A stretch of 60,447 nt of DNA from a virus (taxonomy: Duplodnaviria; Caudoviricetes): the IMG/VR virus record IMGVR_UViG_3300045282_000062, positions 1-60,447 of that record; one strand, given 5' to 3'. This document shows, one piece after another, positions 49,176 through 58,567 of the stretch. The notes below the pieces were generated by a model. That model did no database searches, had not been told where the DNA came from, and worked only from the letters and a program-made list of their open reading frames with translations. Within the stretch, counting starts at the first letter, position 1. Each line of letters opens with the position of its first letter. The position numbers and the translations under genes are program-made.

Positions 49176-49193
49176 TACTAAATCAGTACGAAT

Positions 49194-50552
49194 TTATATA
49201 ATTTCCTGCATATATTTTTCAATCCTGAATTTCACGGCGTCCATAAGTGCGTCCTGCGTCTGCATTCTGTCTGCTATCCTGACCATCACATCTTCGTCAA
49301 TTGTACCTTCAGCAATCAGTGTATAGATCCTGACCGGGGCCGTAACACCCTGCCTGTGTAGCCTTGCATTTGCCTGTAGCCAAAGTTCAAGTGAATACGT
49401 AGGACCAAACCAAATGGCTACGTGCCCACCAAATTGCAGATTCAGGCCGTGCCCCGCACTGGCCGGGTGTAATATGAAAATCGGAATATTGCCCGCATTC
49501 CAATCTTCAATATCAGACGGCCTTTCCAGTTTCCTGGCATTTTTGTGCCGCTGTAAAATCCGGTCAATGTCGTGCTGATAGCTGTAAAAAACCAAAACGT
49601 TTTCACCCTGATTTTCGGCCATTTCCAAAAGTTCATCAAGTGCGTCCAGTTTTTCACTGTGTATGGCCCGGGCCACTTTGTTTGCGTCATACACAGCACC
49701 GTTACTGAATTGCAAAAGCTTTGTGACCAAAGCCCCCGCATTCACGGCGGTTATGTGTTTGTCCTCAATTTCCATCACTTGTGTCCGTTCAAATTCATTG
49801 TACTGCTGTAGCGCTTTGTCACTCAAACGCACAGGCACTGGTATTTCAATCATATCCGGCAGGTCTAAATAATCTTCCGTTTTCATCGATATGCAGATAT
49901 CACTGATAAGTTCATGTATTGTGTCATCCGCATCATTTTTTGGTTCGTACCCCCACCCGGATGGGCGTTTGTTGTAATACCGCGTCCTGTAGCCCCCTAT
50001 GTGGTCGCCTAGCCGCTGCCCGCGGTCCAGCAGGTAAATCTGTGCCCACAAATCCATTAGCCCGTTAGGGGCCGGTGTGCCCGTTAAATTGATCACCCGT
50101 TTTACCAGCGGCCGGATCATCTTCAGGGCTTTGAATCTGTGCGTATCACTGTTTTTGTAGCTGCTTGATTCGTCCAGCACAAGGCAGTCAAACGGGAAAT
50201 GCGGCATGAAGGCAATCAGCCACACAATGTTATCACGCCCAATTATGTAGATATCTGCTTTGCGTTTTATGGCCGCAATGCGCTGGTTTTGATTTCCGGC
50301 AATGATGGAAATGGTCATATTCTTAAATTGATCCCATTTTGCGATTTCCGCGGGCCAGGTAGATTCAGCCACATTTTTGGGCGCCACAATCAATGGTTTA
50401 TCAATTTCCAGTTCAGTGAACATTAAGTATTTAAGCGCTAGCAGGGTGGCGGATGTCTTACCTAATCCCATTTGAGCAAAAACCCCGCATGCCGGATTTT
50501 TCACGATGTGGTCAGCAATCGCCTGCTGGTATTTATAGGGGCTGTATTTCAT
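49194..50552 (-). CDS. SNF2-family helicase
   Basis: MGLGKT, LDESS, LTGTP, GHGLNLQ, QANARLHRQG. Confidence 0.92.
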   Translation of the reverse strand: MKYSPYKYQQAIADHIVKNPACGVFAQMGLGKTSATLLALKYLMFTELEIDKPLIVAPKNVAESTWPAEIAKWDQFKNMTISIIAGNQNQRIAAIKRKADIYIIGRDNIVWLIAFMPHFPFDCLVLDESSSYKNSDTHRFKALKMIRPLVKRVINLTGTPAPNGLMDLWAQIYLLDRGQRLGDHIGGYRTRYYNKRPSGWGYEPKNDADDTIHELISDICISMKTEDYLDLPDMIEIPVPVRLSDKALQQYNEFERTQVMEIEDKHITAVNAGALVTKLLQFSNGAVYDANKVARAIHSEKLDALDELLEMAENQGENVLVFYSYQHDIDRILQRHKNARKLERPSDIEDWNAGNIPIFILHPASAGHGLNLQFGGHVAIWFGPTYSLELWLQANARLHRQGVTAPVRIYTLIAEGTIDEDVMVRIADRMQTQDALMDAVKFRIEKYMQEII

Positions 50553-50832
50553 CTAAAAATTTGTTTAACGAATCATCTGAATTTATTAATCGTACTTTTT
50601 GGCCAAGCGCCCGCAGTTCTGCCGCCTCAATTTTCTGTAACGGGCTGAAGTCTTTGCCCGCGTCTTTGAATTCAACAAACCAGGGCCATGCGTGCGGCAT
50701 GATCACTAACCGGTCCAACTTACCAGATGAATAACGTGAATCGCTTTTTGTGTATTTTCCACCTAACTTTTTCACGTTGTTTTTGCACCGGTTTTCCAGT
50801 CTTTTTTCAATCGAAAATCTAAGTTTTTTCAC
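50533..50832 (-). CDS. VRR-NUC domain nuclease
   Basis: EKRLE...DRLV...FVEFK...SPLQ. Confidence 0.82.
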   Translation of the reverse strand: MKKLRFSIEKRLENRCKNNVKKLGGKYTKSDSRYSSGKLDRLVIMPHAWPWFVEFKDAGKDFSPLQKIEAAELRALGQKVRLINSDDSLNKFLDEIQPL

Positions 50833-50836
50833 GTGT

Positions 50837-51099
50837 GGTACAAGTTTATTCCCCCTATATAGTATATGCTACTTAAATTAATATAGTATCACTATAAGAT
50901 ATAATAGTATCATTATATTACTCTATTTTTTCTTTTTCTTTAAGTCTTATTATTATCTGTACCATTGTACCATATAGTATAGTAGTATAAATAACAGTGA
51001 ATTAGATGGTACATTTGCGGTACAGCCCCGGTACAAAAAACATATTAATATTTTTTTTAATGGTACAGCTTGTACCAGCATTTTCAATGTTTGCGTACC
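50837..51099. other. Candidate replication origin: AT-rich tract with GGTACA/TGTACC repeats
   Basis: Eight perfect copies; non-coding; directly downstream of the primase-helicase. Confidence 0.55.
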
Positions 51100-51109
51100 G
51101 TATAATGTG

Positions 51110-53581
51110 TTATATATCAAAGGTTTCTGTTTTAACAAAACCGTTCCTTTGACGGCCATAATTGCCGAATCTGATAGCCCGCATTTCCATCTTCCATCCA
51201 TCCATATTTAGCATGATATTTTTAATGATTAATGCGGATCTTTCATCTATGGTTACATTCATTCCAAGGCATTCCACCCAAATTTCCAGGACACAAACCC
51301 GGTCACGTTCTATTTTACCTTCAGGCAACAAATCTGCGTCACCTTGCAGAAACGCCCGCCTTTCATACCGCGTCAGTTTTTCCCATCCTTCCGGTAGTTT
51401 CTTATTCAGGTAATCATGCACTGTAGGATACCACGGATGCACTTCCGTATGCTGCGTCTGAACGCTGCGGGCTATGGTTTCTAATTCGCTGTCTAAATAC
51501 AGTGTTTCACCGCGTTTGTAGTTTTCATAGGCTTCCGCCCATATCTGCGCCACCAGCGCGCTGTCCATCTTAAACACGTCTGCCACTGCTTTGTCTGCAT
51601 CGATCACCACGGGCCAAAATCTGCGATTTCCTGACTGATCACGCAGGAAATCCACTTTATTGGTAGTGGCCATGAATATGCATTGGCGTGGGTAATCTTC
51701 CACCATCCGGCCGTAGGCTGACCTGTAACGGTCCGTGCCGGATGCCACAAAGCTTTTAATGCGTTCCACTTCAGTTTTAGCCATCCCTGACAGTTCACCT
51801 ATTTCTATTATCCAGGCGCCCCGCATTTGTTCATAACCCTGATTGCCTTGTAGCATGTGCAGGCTGAACGTATCTGAAAACCACGGCCCCCCTAATTTGC
51901 GAATCAGTGTGGATTTTCCTTTGCCTTGCTCACCTATTAAGGTCAGTATGCTGTCAAATTTCACCCCCGGATCGAATACCCGGGCCACGGCTGCTGTCAG
52001 TGTTTTCCGGGTCACGGCGCGCAGATAATCACTATCCCATGCACCTAAATAGTCTGCGAACAAGGTGCCCATGCGTGGGGTGCCGTCCCATTTGCAGGCT
52101 TTCAGGTATTCTTTAATTGGATGCACTTTATTACGGACATAGATGATGTCCAGCGCCTTTAAAATCTTCCCTGTGGTGATGTTGTAGGCTGATTCAATAA
52201 AATGTTCAATGTTGCTTAAATCCTGATCATTTAAAAACCGGTCCACGTAATCAATGCGCCGCCAGGGCACTGCACGGTTGAAACATCCACGGTGCTGTAG
52301 TTCATCATAAATGATGTTACCCCGGAAACGGTCATCATTTTTCAGAATCATGTGCAGGTTATTCAGCGTGGGTTTGAAATGGCCGTGTTTGTCCACATCC
52401 ATTTTACTGTGCCAGTCAGGATCTTCCACGGGCGGTACAGCTGGTATATTACTGTAAACACTTACACCGTTACCGCCAGGATCTGCATGGCCGTTTCCGG
52501 TCACGTTCACATCTTCAAAAGCAGTTTGGGCACCGGCTATGATATCACTGGCCACCTGCGCTTTGACTGACTTAAGCGTGCCCACCCATTCAAGCATAGC
52601 AGTGAATGAAGGCGCCCTGAAATTCAAATCTTCCGCCAGTTCATTGCCATCCTTATCACGGTCACGCAATCCGAATTTATGCAGGCGGACCATATCAAAG
52701 GCATTGCACAGCTGGCCGCTGCATGGGTCTGTGGCGTGATGTGAATAGATAAATTTGTCATCATACACGATGGCCCCACCAGCTGTAGATCCATGGACGT
52801 ATGTGTATCTGTCATCAGATCCGTCCGCCAGGGTGTAATCATCCTTTAAAAATTCATCGATTGCATCGCTGATAGTATGCGCCCGGCAGAATGCGCCAAT
52901 CAATCCGGGTTTGGTTAGCGGATCGGCAGCGGCTTTGATATCTGTCCTGATCCGCAGATTTTCAGCAGCGGCCCGGGGCCATTGGGTAATATCCTGCCAA
53001 TTTCTGTACGTTCCTAAAATATCATTTGCAGATAACGCCGGGCCATGCTGCACCCTGTATTCATATTCGCCATCACTTGACACAGATGGCCAGTACATCA
53101 GCCGTTCAGCCTGATAGGTTGTAGGGTCCATTTGTTCTATGCCAATGTATTCAGCCATCCGGCGCATGATGGCTTCATATTCGTCCGGGCGCACTTCGCG
53201 GTCCAATGGTATTATAAGCCTGTAGCGGGGCTTTTCCGGGCTGTGTTTGTGTGTCGAATATAAACAGGCGGCACAATCGAAATCAAGCGTAAAAGCTTGC
53301 CAGAAATTCGTGTGGGCGCTATCTGCGTCCAGTGTCAGCAGCTGGCGTGATAACACGTTATTCTTTTTGCGCCGGCCATTGGCCAGCACGCCGCCCACAA
53401 ATCCACCGATATCTTTGATTTCATCCTGCCGGTCCTTTTTTGCCGCCAGGTAGGTTTTGTATGTTTCCGCGGTCCTGTGCGGTTCCTGAAGTCTGAAGCA
53501 AAACTGCGCCCATTCGTACCGGGCTATTTTCCAATTTGTATCGTGCCGTGATTTCCCGGTGGATATATCAAATTCAATCAT
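51110..53581 (-). CDS. Primase-helicase (VirE/VapE-type)
   Basis: LTLDAD, YSTHKH, RYRLIIP, GEQGKGKST, IEIGEL, MATTN, GNRRFWP. Confidence 0.9.
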   Translation of the reverse strand: MIEFDISTGKSRHDTNWKIARYEWAQFCFRLQEPHRTAETYKTYLAAKKDRQDEIKDIGGFVGGVLANGRRKKNNVLSRQLLTLDADSAHTNFWQAFTLDFDCAACLYSTHKHSPEKPRYRLIIPLDREVRPDEYEAIMRRMAEYIGIEQMDPTTYQAERLMYWPSVSSDGEYEYRVQHGPALSANDILGTYRNWQDITQWPRAAAENLRIRTDIKAAADPLTKPGLIGAFCRAHTISDAIDEFLKDDYTLADGSDDRYTYVHGSTAGGAIVYDDKFIYSHHATDPCSGQLCNAFDMVRLHKFGLRDRDKDGNELAEDLNFRAPSFTAMLEWVGTLKSVKAQVASDIIAGAQTAFEDVNVTGNGHADPGGNGVSVYSNIPAVPPVEDPDWHSKMDVDKHGHFKPTLNNLHMILKNDDRFRGNIIYDELQHRGCFNRAVPWRRIDYVDRFLNDQDLSNIEHFIESAYNITTGKILKALDIIYVRNKVHPIKEYLKACKWDGTPRMGTLFADYLGAWDSDYLRAVTRKTLTAAVARVFDPGVKFDSILTLIGEQGKGKSTLIRKLGGPWFSDTFSLHMLQGNQGYEQMRGAWIIEIGELSGMAKTEVERIKSFVASGTDRYRSAYGRMVEDYPRQCIFMATTNKVDFLRDQSGNRRFWPVVIDADKAVADVFKMDSALVAQIWAEAYENYKRGETLYLDSELETIARSVQTQHTEVHPWYPTVHDYLNKKLPEGWEKLTRYERRAFLQGDADLLPEGKIERDRVCVLEIWVECLGMNVTIDERSALIIKNIMLNMDGWKMEMRAIRFGNYGRQRNGFVKTETFDI

Positions 53582-53625
53582 TAGAATGGGAGTTTTTTGG
53601 AAGGGTAATAAATATAAGGAAAAAA

Positions 53626-54021
53626 TTAACGGCCGTTATAATATTCTGTGCCTTCCGAATAAATGAAAATTCTGGACCCTACACGGCGGCTGACTTCATT
53701 AAATTTTCTGATAGTGGCAGCGCCTAAATCAATATTTAACTGCTTTGCAAGTATGTCCAGATAAATTTGCACGTCTGCTAATTCTTTTTCAGCTTCCACT
53801 AAAAATTCAGCTTCCGTGATATCGCCCCGTTCAAATTTTTTACGCATATTGGCGTATTCGCCGATCTCACCCACCACGGCCTGTAGCCATTGCGCGGGCG
53901 TCCAGTCTGACCCATCTGCTTTTGCATGCGCAGGTTCGCCCCACTTGTTTTTGAATTCAGGCAGCCGGGCTTCGTTTGCAGCGCGCAGGGTGTTAAATGT
54001 TAATCCAGTTTCGGTATTCAT
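53626..54021 (-). CDS. MazG-like nucleotide pyrophosphohydrolase
   Basis: GEIGE...KK...ELADVQIYL...KFN. Confidence 0.82.
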   Translation of the reverse strand: MNTETGLTFNTLRAANEARLPEFKNKWGEPAHAKADGSDWTPAQWLQAVVGEIGEYANMRKKFERGDITEAEFLVEAEKELADVQIYLDILAKQLNIDLGAATIRKFNEVSRRVGSRIFIYSEGTEYYNGR

Positions 54022-54027
54022 GTTGTT

Positions 54028-54444
54028 TTATTTTATGACTTTGATTGTTTTGGCATCTATAGGCAGTATCATCCAAACCAGCAAGGGTAAATGTGTTTTT
54101 GATATCCCTGTCAGGTATTCAATGTGTTTCCTGTCATGGCCTATTTCAGTGGTGAAATATCCAGCCATCAAAGTAGTGCCGCCGCCGATTGTAGGCTGGT
54201 TTGGATCATGGTATTTCTGCCAGTAATACGCGCTATCGTAAATCACATCGTGGATGATTGCTTTAAAAACGCCGTCAAAAGCTTCATAATTATTAGAGAC
54301 AAGCCCAAACACTTTTACAGTATCATAGTGATTTTTAGGCAGCTTTGGCGCATTTACAGAATCAATGCTGATAGTGGTATGACTTATTTGCGCAGTACTG
54401 CACAGCGAAATCAAAAGCGCGATGATCGTGAAAAACTTTTTCAT
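54028..54444 (-). CDS. Exported protein
   Basis: Signal peptide ending STA-Q. Confidence 0.7.
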   Translation of the reverse strand: MKKFFTIIALLISLCSTAQISHTTISIDSVNAPKLPKNHYDTVKVFGLVSNNYEAFDGVFKAIIHDVIYDSAYYWQKYHDPNQPTIGGGTTLMAGYFTTEIGHDRKHIEYLTGISKTHLPLLVWMILPIDAKTIKVIK

Positions 54445-54833
54445 GGTTCAATATTTTCAAAAATGATAGAATCAGGCGAATAGTAAGTGCTGTCATCGCC
54501 GTACTTGTCTTTGAAGATGTAAAGGCGGCCATCAGGTTTTAATGAATCTACAGGCGTCAGCATGCCGCCGCCACTGAATTCATGTAGCGTGTCAGATTTT
54601 CCATTTTTCCAGCTGATGGCCCTGTATTTTGCACCAGCGCTGCCACTCCACCACTTACCCCCGTAGTGCCCGGGTATGTGAATATGCAGATGCCGGTCAT
54701 ATTTATCAGCCCACGTATCTACGTGATGGGTGGGGGCTATGGTCATGCTGGCCACCGCTAATATAGTCGCAATCACCATAGCTGAAAGCAATACAGTCAG
54801 GATGATAAAAAATATTTTGATTTCCGTTTTCAT
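54441..54833 (-). CDS. Membrane-anchored protein
   Basis: N-terminal TM; four sequons. Confidence 0.65.
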   Translation of the reverse strand: MKTEIKIFFIILTVLLSAMVIATILAVASMTIAPTHHVDTWADKYDRHLHIHIPGHYGGKWWSGSAGAKYRAISWKNGKSDTLHEFSGGGMLTPVDSLKPDGRLYIFKDKYGDDSTYYSPDSIIFENIEP

Positions 54834-55147
54834 TTTTGCATTCCTTTATAGAAAGTTTCCATAGACATTTTCATACCGTGCAGCTGTCCTAAATAGTAAA
54901 TCAGTGAATCACGATTTAATTTACCCCGTTTGCGCATGCTGGACACGCTGATGGCGTTTACTTCCTTTGTGAGTTCATCGATCACCGCCCCAGTTTTTTC
55001 CAGGGTTTCTGCATGGTCCTGTAGTTTTTGCGTTTGCTTCGCCCTGTCCATATCAGACATGCTGTATAGATTGCTGTCAGTGGCTACGGGCGAATCACAG
55101 GACACTGACATGATGAACATAAAAATGCTACTTAATAAAATTTTCAT
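54830..55147 (-). CDS. Lipoprotein
   Basis: SVS-C lipobox. Confidence 0.68.
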   Translation of the reverse strand: MKILLSSIFMFIMSVSCDSPVATDSNLYSMSDMDRAKQTQKLQDHAETLEKTGAVIDELTKEVNAISVSSMRKRGKLNRDSLIYYLGQLHGMKMSMETFYKGMQK

Positions 55148-55559
55148 AATCTTCTTTGTTTTTAAATTCGTAAATAGATTCTATTATAATGTGATGGCCG
55201 TGTGTAGTGTCTATTTTATTCCACTTTGCAACTGAATCGCATATATCTTTTTCACGGGTCATCGCCTGCCCCCATGCAGTGGACCATCCGCGCTCTGTTT
55301 TGAAATTATCGGACCAAAACCAGGTAAATGAAAAATATCTTTTTGGGTGGCTAGGGATGTAAGTGTAAACTGTATCCATAATAAGTTTGACACTTAAACT
55401 ATATCCGGTGTCAGATCCCATGAATAGTGTAGTATCTGGCGTTAGTCTGCTGGTATCAATTTTGTATTCGATTGTTACGTGTGGCGTAACTTCAGCGGGG
55501 GTCACGTCTTTTTGATGGCAGGCAGCGCAGAAAAGTAAGACAGTTAAAAAATATTTCAT
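55128..55559 (-). CDS. Lipoprotein
   Basis: CAA-C lipobox. Confidence 0.68.
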   Translation of the reverse strand: MKYFLTVLLFCAACHQKDVTPAEVTPHVTIEYKIDTSRLTPDTTLFMGSDTGYSLSVKLIMDTVYTYIPSHPKRYFSFTWFWSDNFKTERGWSTAWGQAMTREKDICDSVAKWNKIDTTHGHHIIIESIYEFKNKEDYENFIK

Positions 55560-55560
55560 G

Positions 55561-56079
55561 TTAAGGGTGTTTTTGAATGTAATCTAATGGCGCAGCAATA
55601 TTACCATCAGGCCATTTTTCATAACCTATTGACTGATCTATAGGGTTCAGTATTCTATATGACGCCCCGTAATTAGTTAGCGTAAATACATCTGCTTTTT
55701 CTTCTTTGATGGCTTGGGCTTCCACTAAATCTGCCATGTGCATGGCGTTTCCGTAGCGGTCACACATTGGGCACAACCAATATTTTTCACCGCGCCAAAT
55801 GATCCATGGTAATATATCACCGGCCTTTGTGGCTGCTAATTGCGAAGGTTTCGCCCATCCGGGCGATGCTGTGTAGATAACTGCCTGCCCACTCATTTGC
55901 TGTGATACCGGCGCTTCAATTCGTATAGTCATCATTGTAACTGCACATGGACCCGTGTGCCTGATTGTGTCACTGTGCCGCGATGACACATAGGGCGTGT
56001 CCTTACAATCTTTAGTGGGCCACACCTGCCCGTAACTGCTGATGGACAGCAGCATGAAAATGGTTATGATTGTTTTCAT
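55561..56079 (-). CDS. Exported protein
   Basis: Signal peptide ending SYG-Q. Confidence 0.7.
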   Translation of the reverse strand: MKTIITIFMLLSISSYGQVWPTKDCKDTPYVSSRHSDTIRHTGPCAVTMMTIRIEAPVSQQMSGQAVIYTASPGWAKPSQLAATKAGDILPWIIWRGEKYWLCPMCDRYGNAMHMADLVEAQAIKEEKADVFTLTNYGASYRILNPIDQSIGYEKWPDGNIAAPLDYIQKHP

Positions 56080-56981
56080 TTGAAAAATATTTTTAAAGCT
56101 AAAAGAAGTACAGCTACAAAAAGTAACGCCAGCAGAAAAAGTATCAACGGATCATGGTGCTGATCCGCGTAAAAAACTTCAGTAGTGCCCGTGGGCATAG
56201 GTTTTATTACGTATCCACTTTGTACCCCTGCGTATTGGCTGGTGCCGTCTACACTTGCAGCACATGGGCACGGCATTCTGATTGTATCATGTTTAGGAAT
56301 AAATCCACCAATTTGTAATGGTGTATAGGTGCCATCCGGGTGTCGGGCTAAATGGATTGTATCACCGTATTTTACTACAAAGGCAGCAGCTAAACTATCA
56401 TGGTGAATTTGTTTTTTGCCTGCGACATACCACGCATCTAAGCTACGCCGCACATCACCATTCACCCCGGCCTTAAACTTTTTCATGTTGTTGTGTACGC
56501 CCTTGCCAAATGATTCACCATCGCCAAAATAGGGCGCTGTGTCGGCGGGCGATGCCACTGTGCGGGCGCTATCAATTTTCCACCTAATAAATCCATTTGC
56601 ATCAGTGTCAGTGTAAAATGGATCAGGATCAGATCCTACGGCGATAGGAAAATAAATAGTATCACCGCCCTGCAAATATCCAACTGCCACAGGCTGATGC
56701 GGCACAGGTTTAGGATGGCAGGATAACATAAACATGATCGGCAGTAAAATCCAAATCCTTTTAATTAGCCACTTCATTGTGGCGCCCGCAGCCAGCTGCC
56801 CCCACCCAAGGAACACTATACTAATAGGAAATACGTATTTATCTTTATCAAAATGCCAGGCAGTAGCGATGGCAACTAAATATATCATAAAGATGCCCGC
56901 GGCCACTATAGCGTATCTTCTTTTAAATGTTTTCCATTTCATTTGTTCATCTTCGTCATCCAGTAAATTTTCTGTGCTCAT
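56076..56981 (-). CDS. Membrane protein with an internal lipoprotein-like signal
   Basis: Two TMs, then MKWLIKRIWILLPIMFMLS-C; C-terminal TM. Confidence 0.65.
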   Translation of the reverse strand: MSTENLLDDEDEQMKWKTFKRRYAIVAAGIFMIYLVAIATAWHFDKDKYVFPISIVFLGWGQLAAGATMKWLIKRIWILLPIMFMLSCHPKPVPHQPVAVGYLQGGDTIYFPIAVGSDPDPFYTDTDANGFIRWKIDSARTVASPADTAPYFGDGESFGKGVHNNMKKFKAGVNGDVRRSLDAWYVAGKKQIHHDSLAAAFVVKYGDTIHLARHPDGTYTPLQIGGFIPKHDTIRMPCPCAASVDGTSQYAGVQSGYVIKPMPTGTTEVFYADQHHDPLILFLLALLFVAVLLLALKIFFK

Positions 56982-56985
56982 TTTG

Positions 56986-57426
56986 TTAATTTTTATAGAT
57001 GTATGTATGATTGCAGCGGCGGATGGAATCAGCCACTACAGCTTCCCTGTTTTTCAGTGAATCAACAATAAAATTGCGCCTGTTTACACGGGCCAAATAA
57101 CTTGTATAGGCGTCAATAGCTTTCTGCTTTGTGTCAAATGTCAGTTCGTCACCTAATGAATAGTGCGCCGAATCAAGCGGCACTAAGCGGCCAGCCGAAA
57201 CATACACCGCACCTTTACGCCGGGCGCCAAAATAATAGTCACGCTGCAAAGTATAATCATCCTGATCCTGGTGATGGGTCCATACAGCCCATTTACTGGT
57301 GCAGGTATCATATACATACCGTGGCAGCGAATCTTCAAGTGATGGCTTTTTTGGAATTTCCAGCGATACAGGTACATGTTTGTGCGTACAGCTGACAATA
57401 AGAAGTGCGAATAGTAATTTTTTCAT
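56986..57426 (-). CDS. Lipoprotein
   Basis: MKKLLFALLIVS-C. Confidence 0.72.
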   Translation of the reverse strand: MKKLLFALLIVSCTHKHVPVSLEIPKKPSLEDSLPRYVYDTCTSKWAVWTHHQDQDDYTLQRDYYFGARRKGAVYVSAGRLVPLDSAHYSLGDELTFDTKQKAIDAYTSYLARVNRRNFIVDSLKNREAVVADSIRRCNHTYIYKN

Positions 57427-57692
57427 GGTTCAAAATTGATGTATTGCCAATGGGTTTCGTCTGAATAAAATCTAAATCCTTTGCTAACTTCCCAAGCTTT
57501 ATATCCGCGTTCTGTTTTTACTACAATATATCTATCCGCTTCCGGCATTTCACACCCTTCCTTTATTTCCACCCACCTTGTAGCGTATGATGCTCCGTCA
57601 ATGAAACCACATTCATACGCGAACGATTCTTCACGGTTGTATTCTATTGGGCATCCCCTTTTGGCTACCCGAGTTATTTTATCCTGTGTCAT
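57423..57692 (-). CDS. Hypothetical protein (DUF551-like C-terminus)
   Basis: WVEIKEGCEMPE...THWQYI. Confidence 0.6.
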   Translation of the reverse strand: MTQDKITRVAKRGCPIEYNREESFAYECGFIDGASYATRWVEIKEGCEMPEADRYIVVKTERGYKAWEVSKGFRFYSDETHWQYINFEP

Positions 57693-57904
57693 AACATTAG
57701 TTTATAAGATACAAGATCGTGGATCATCATGCTGCCGTTATCGCAGTTGCATTGTTTGTGGATCGGATAAGCTGCATGCTCATTAGCCCAAAACCGCAAT
57801 GCTTTATCAACCCCTTCATATTGGCCGAAAAACATTTCTTCTATCTTGCCGCATTTTCGGCATTTAACTTTGTACGTGGCGTAGTTTTTATCCTGGTTGT
57901 TCAT
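57689..57904 (-). CDS. Small Zn-ribbon-like protein
   Basis: CRKC and CNC. Confidence 0.55.
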   Translation of the reverse strand: MNNQDKNYATYKVKCRKCGKIEEMFFGQYEGVDKALRFWANEHAAYPIHKQCNCDNGSMMIHDLVSYKLML

Positions 57905-58263
57905 TGCTGGTTGGGTTTTGTTGGTTCAAAGATATTGCCGATGACAGTTAAATCCTTGCTGCCATAAGCGAAACTTCCCCAATGAAATATATGCGGGTAT
58001 TTAATATTCTTGCAATTCAGTTGCAGGTCAGGGTCGTATTCAACCGTAGCAATTCTTTCTTCCATTTCAATTGGCGGTTTCCCCCAACTCACAATATCAC
58101 CTTCATATATCTCAACACCTTTGGAGTCGCGTAGGCCGGTGAATTGCATAACCACACATTCGGGTGTAAACTGTATTTTCTTTTCCTGTAAATCCTGTAA
58201 GGTGAATGGACTTGACATATAGTCAATATTGTCCCAAACTCTGAATTTTAGTTCTCTGTTCAT
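57901..58263 (-). CDS. YopX-family protein (likely start 58263)
   Basis: RELKFRVWD, MQFTGLRDSKGVEIYEGDI, VIGNIFE. Confidence 0.85.
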   Translation of the reverse strand: MNRELKFRVWDNIDYMSSPFTLQDLQEKKIQFTPECVVMQFTGLRDSKGVEIYEGDIVSWGKPPIEMEERIATVEYDPDLQLNCKNIKYPHIFHWGSFAYGSKDLTVIGNIFEPTKPNQQ

Positions 58264-58567
58264 AAATAGGTTTATTTTAGATGCGTTCTGCTTTGTTAAG
58301 TGATCTATTTTAAAAGTATTTGGCGGGGCAGGATTTGATACCTGCATTACTGAATTGGGTCTTCGCCAACCAGCATACCGTACTTAGAAGAAGCTATTTT
58401 ATGGGTGTGCCCCCTGGTAGCGGAGGGAGTTCGGTTACCTCCCCTGCGCCGTCGCCTCTAAGCTATTATTGTTAGCGTCTAATTCCGCCACCCACCAAAT
58501 TCGTTTATGCCATGGGTTACTTTGATTGTTTACGTGTTGTGAGTGAAAATAGGTTTATTTAGATGCG
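58264..58567. repeat. 21/22-bp direct repeats flanking the tRNA-like element
   Basis: aaataggtttattttagatgcg (58264-58285) and aaataggtttatttagatgcg (58547-58567). Confidence 0.8.
58320..58497 (-). ncRNA. tRNA-like structured RNA with an expanded central domain
   Basis: Acceptor stem TGGTGGG/CCCGCCA, D-arm-like GCGGAATTAGACGC, T-arm GCAGG-TATCAAAT-CCTGC. Confidence 0.65.

Noticed and set aside
6571-49190. CRISPR array from the AGTACT repeats, with DUF2800 as a Cas gene
   Set aside because: The repeats are dispersed without spacers; the Cas4-like nuclease is a standard member of this replication module.
50953-51201. 82-aa ORF over the AT-rich repeat tract
   Set aside because: Overlaps the primase end and the candidate origin; no protein-like features.
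58320-58497. Canonical tRNA or tmRNA
   Set aside because: No 7-nt anticodon loop, no D-loop GG, an 8-nt T loop, too short for tmRNA and no alanine-type acceptor end.
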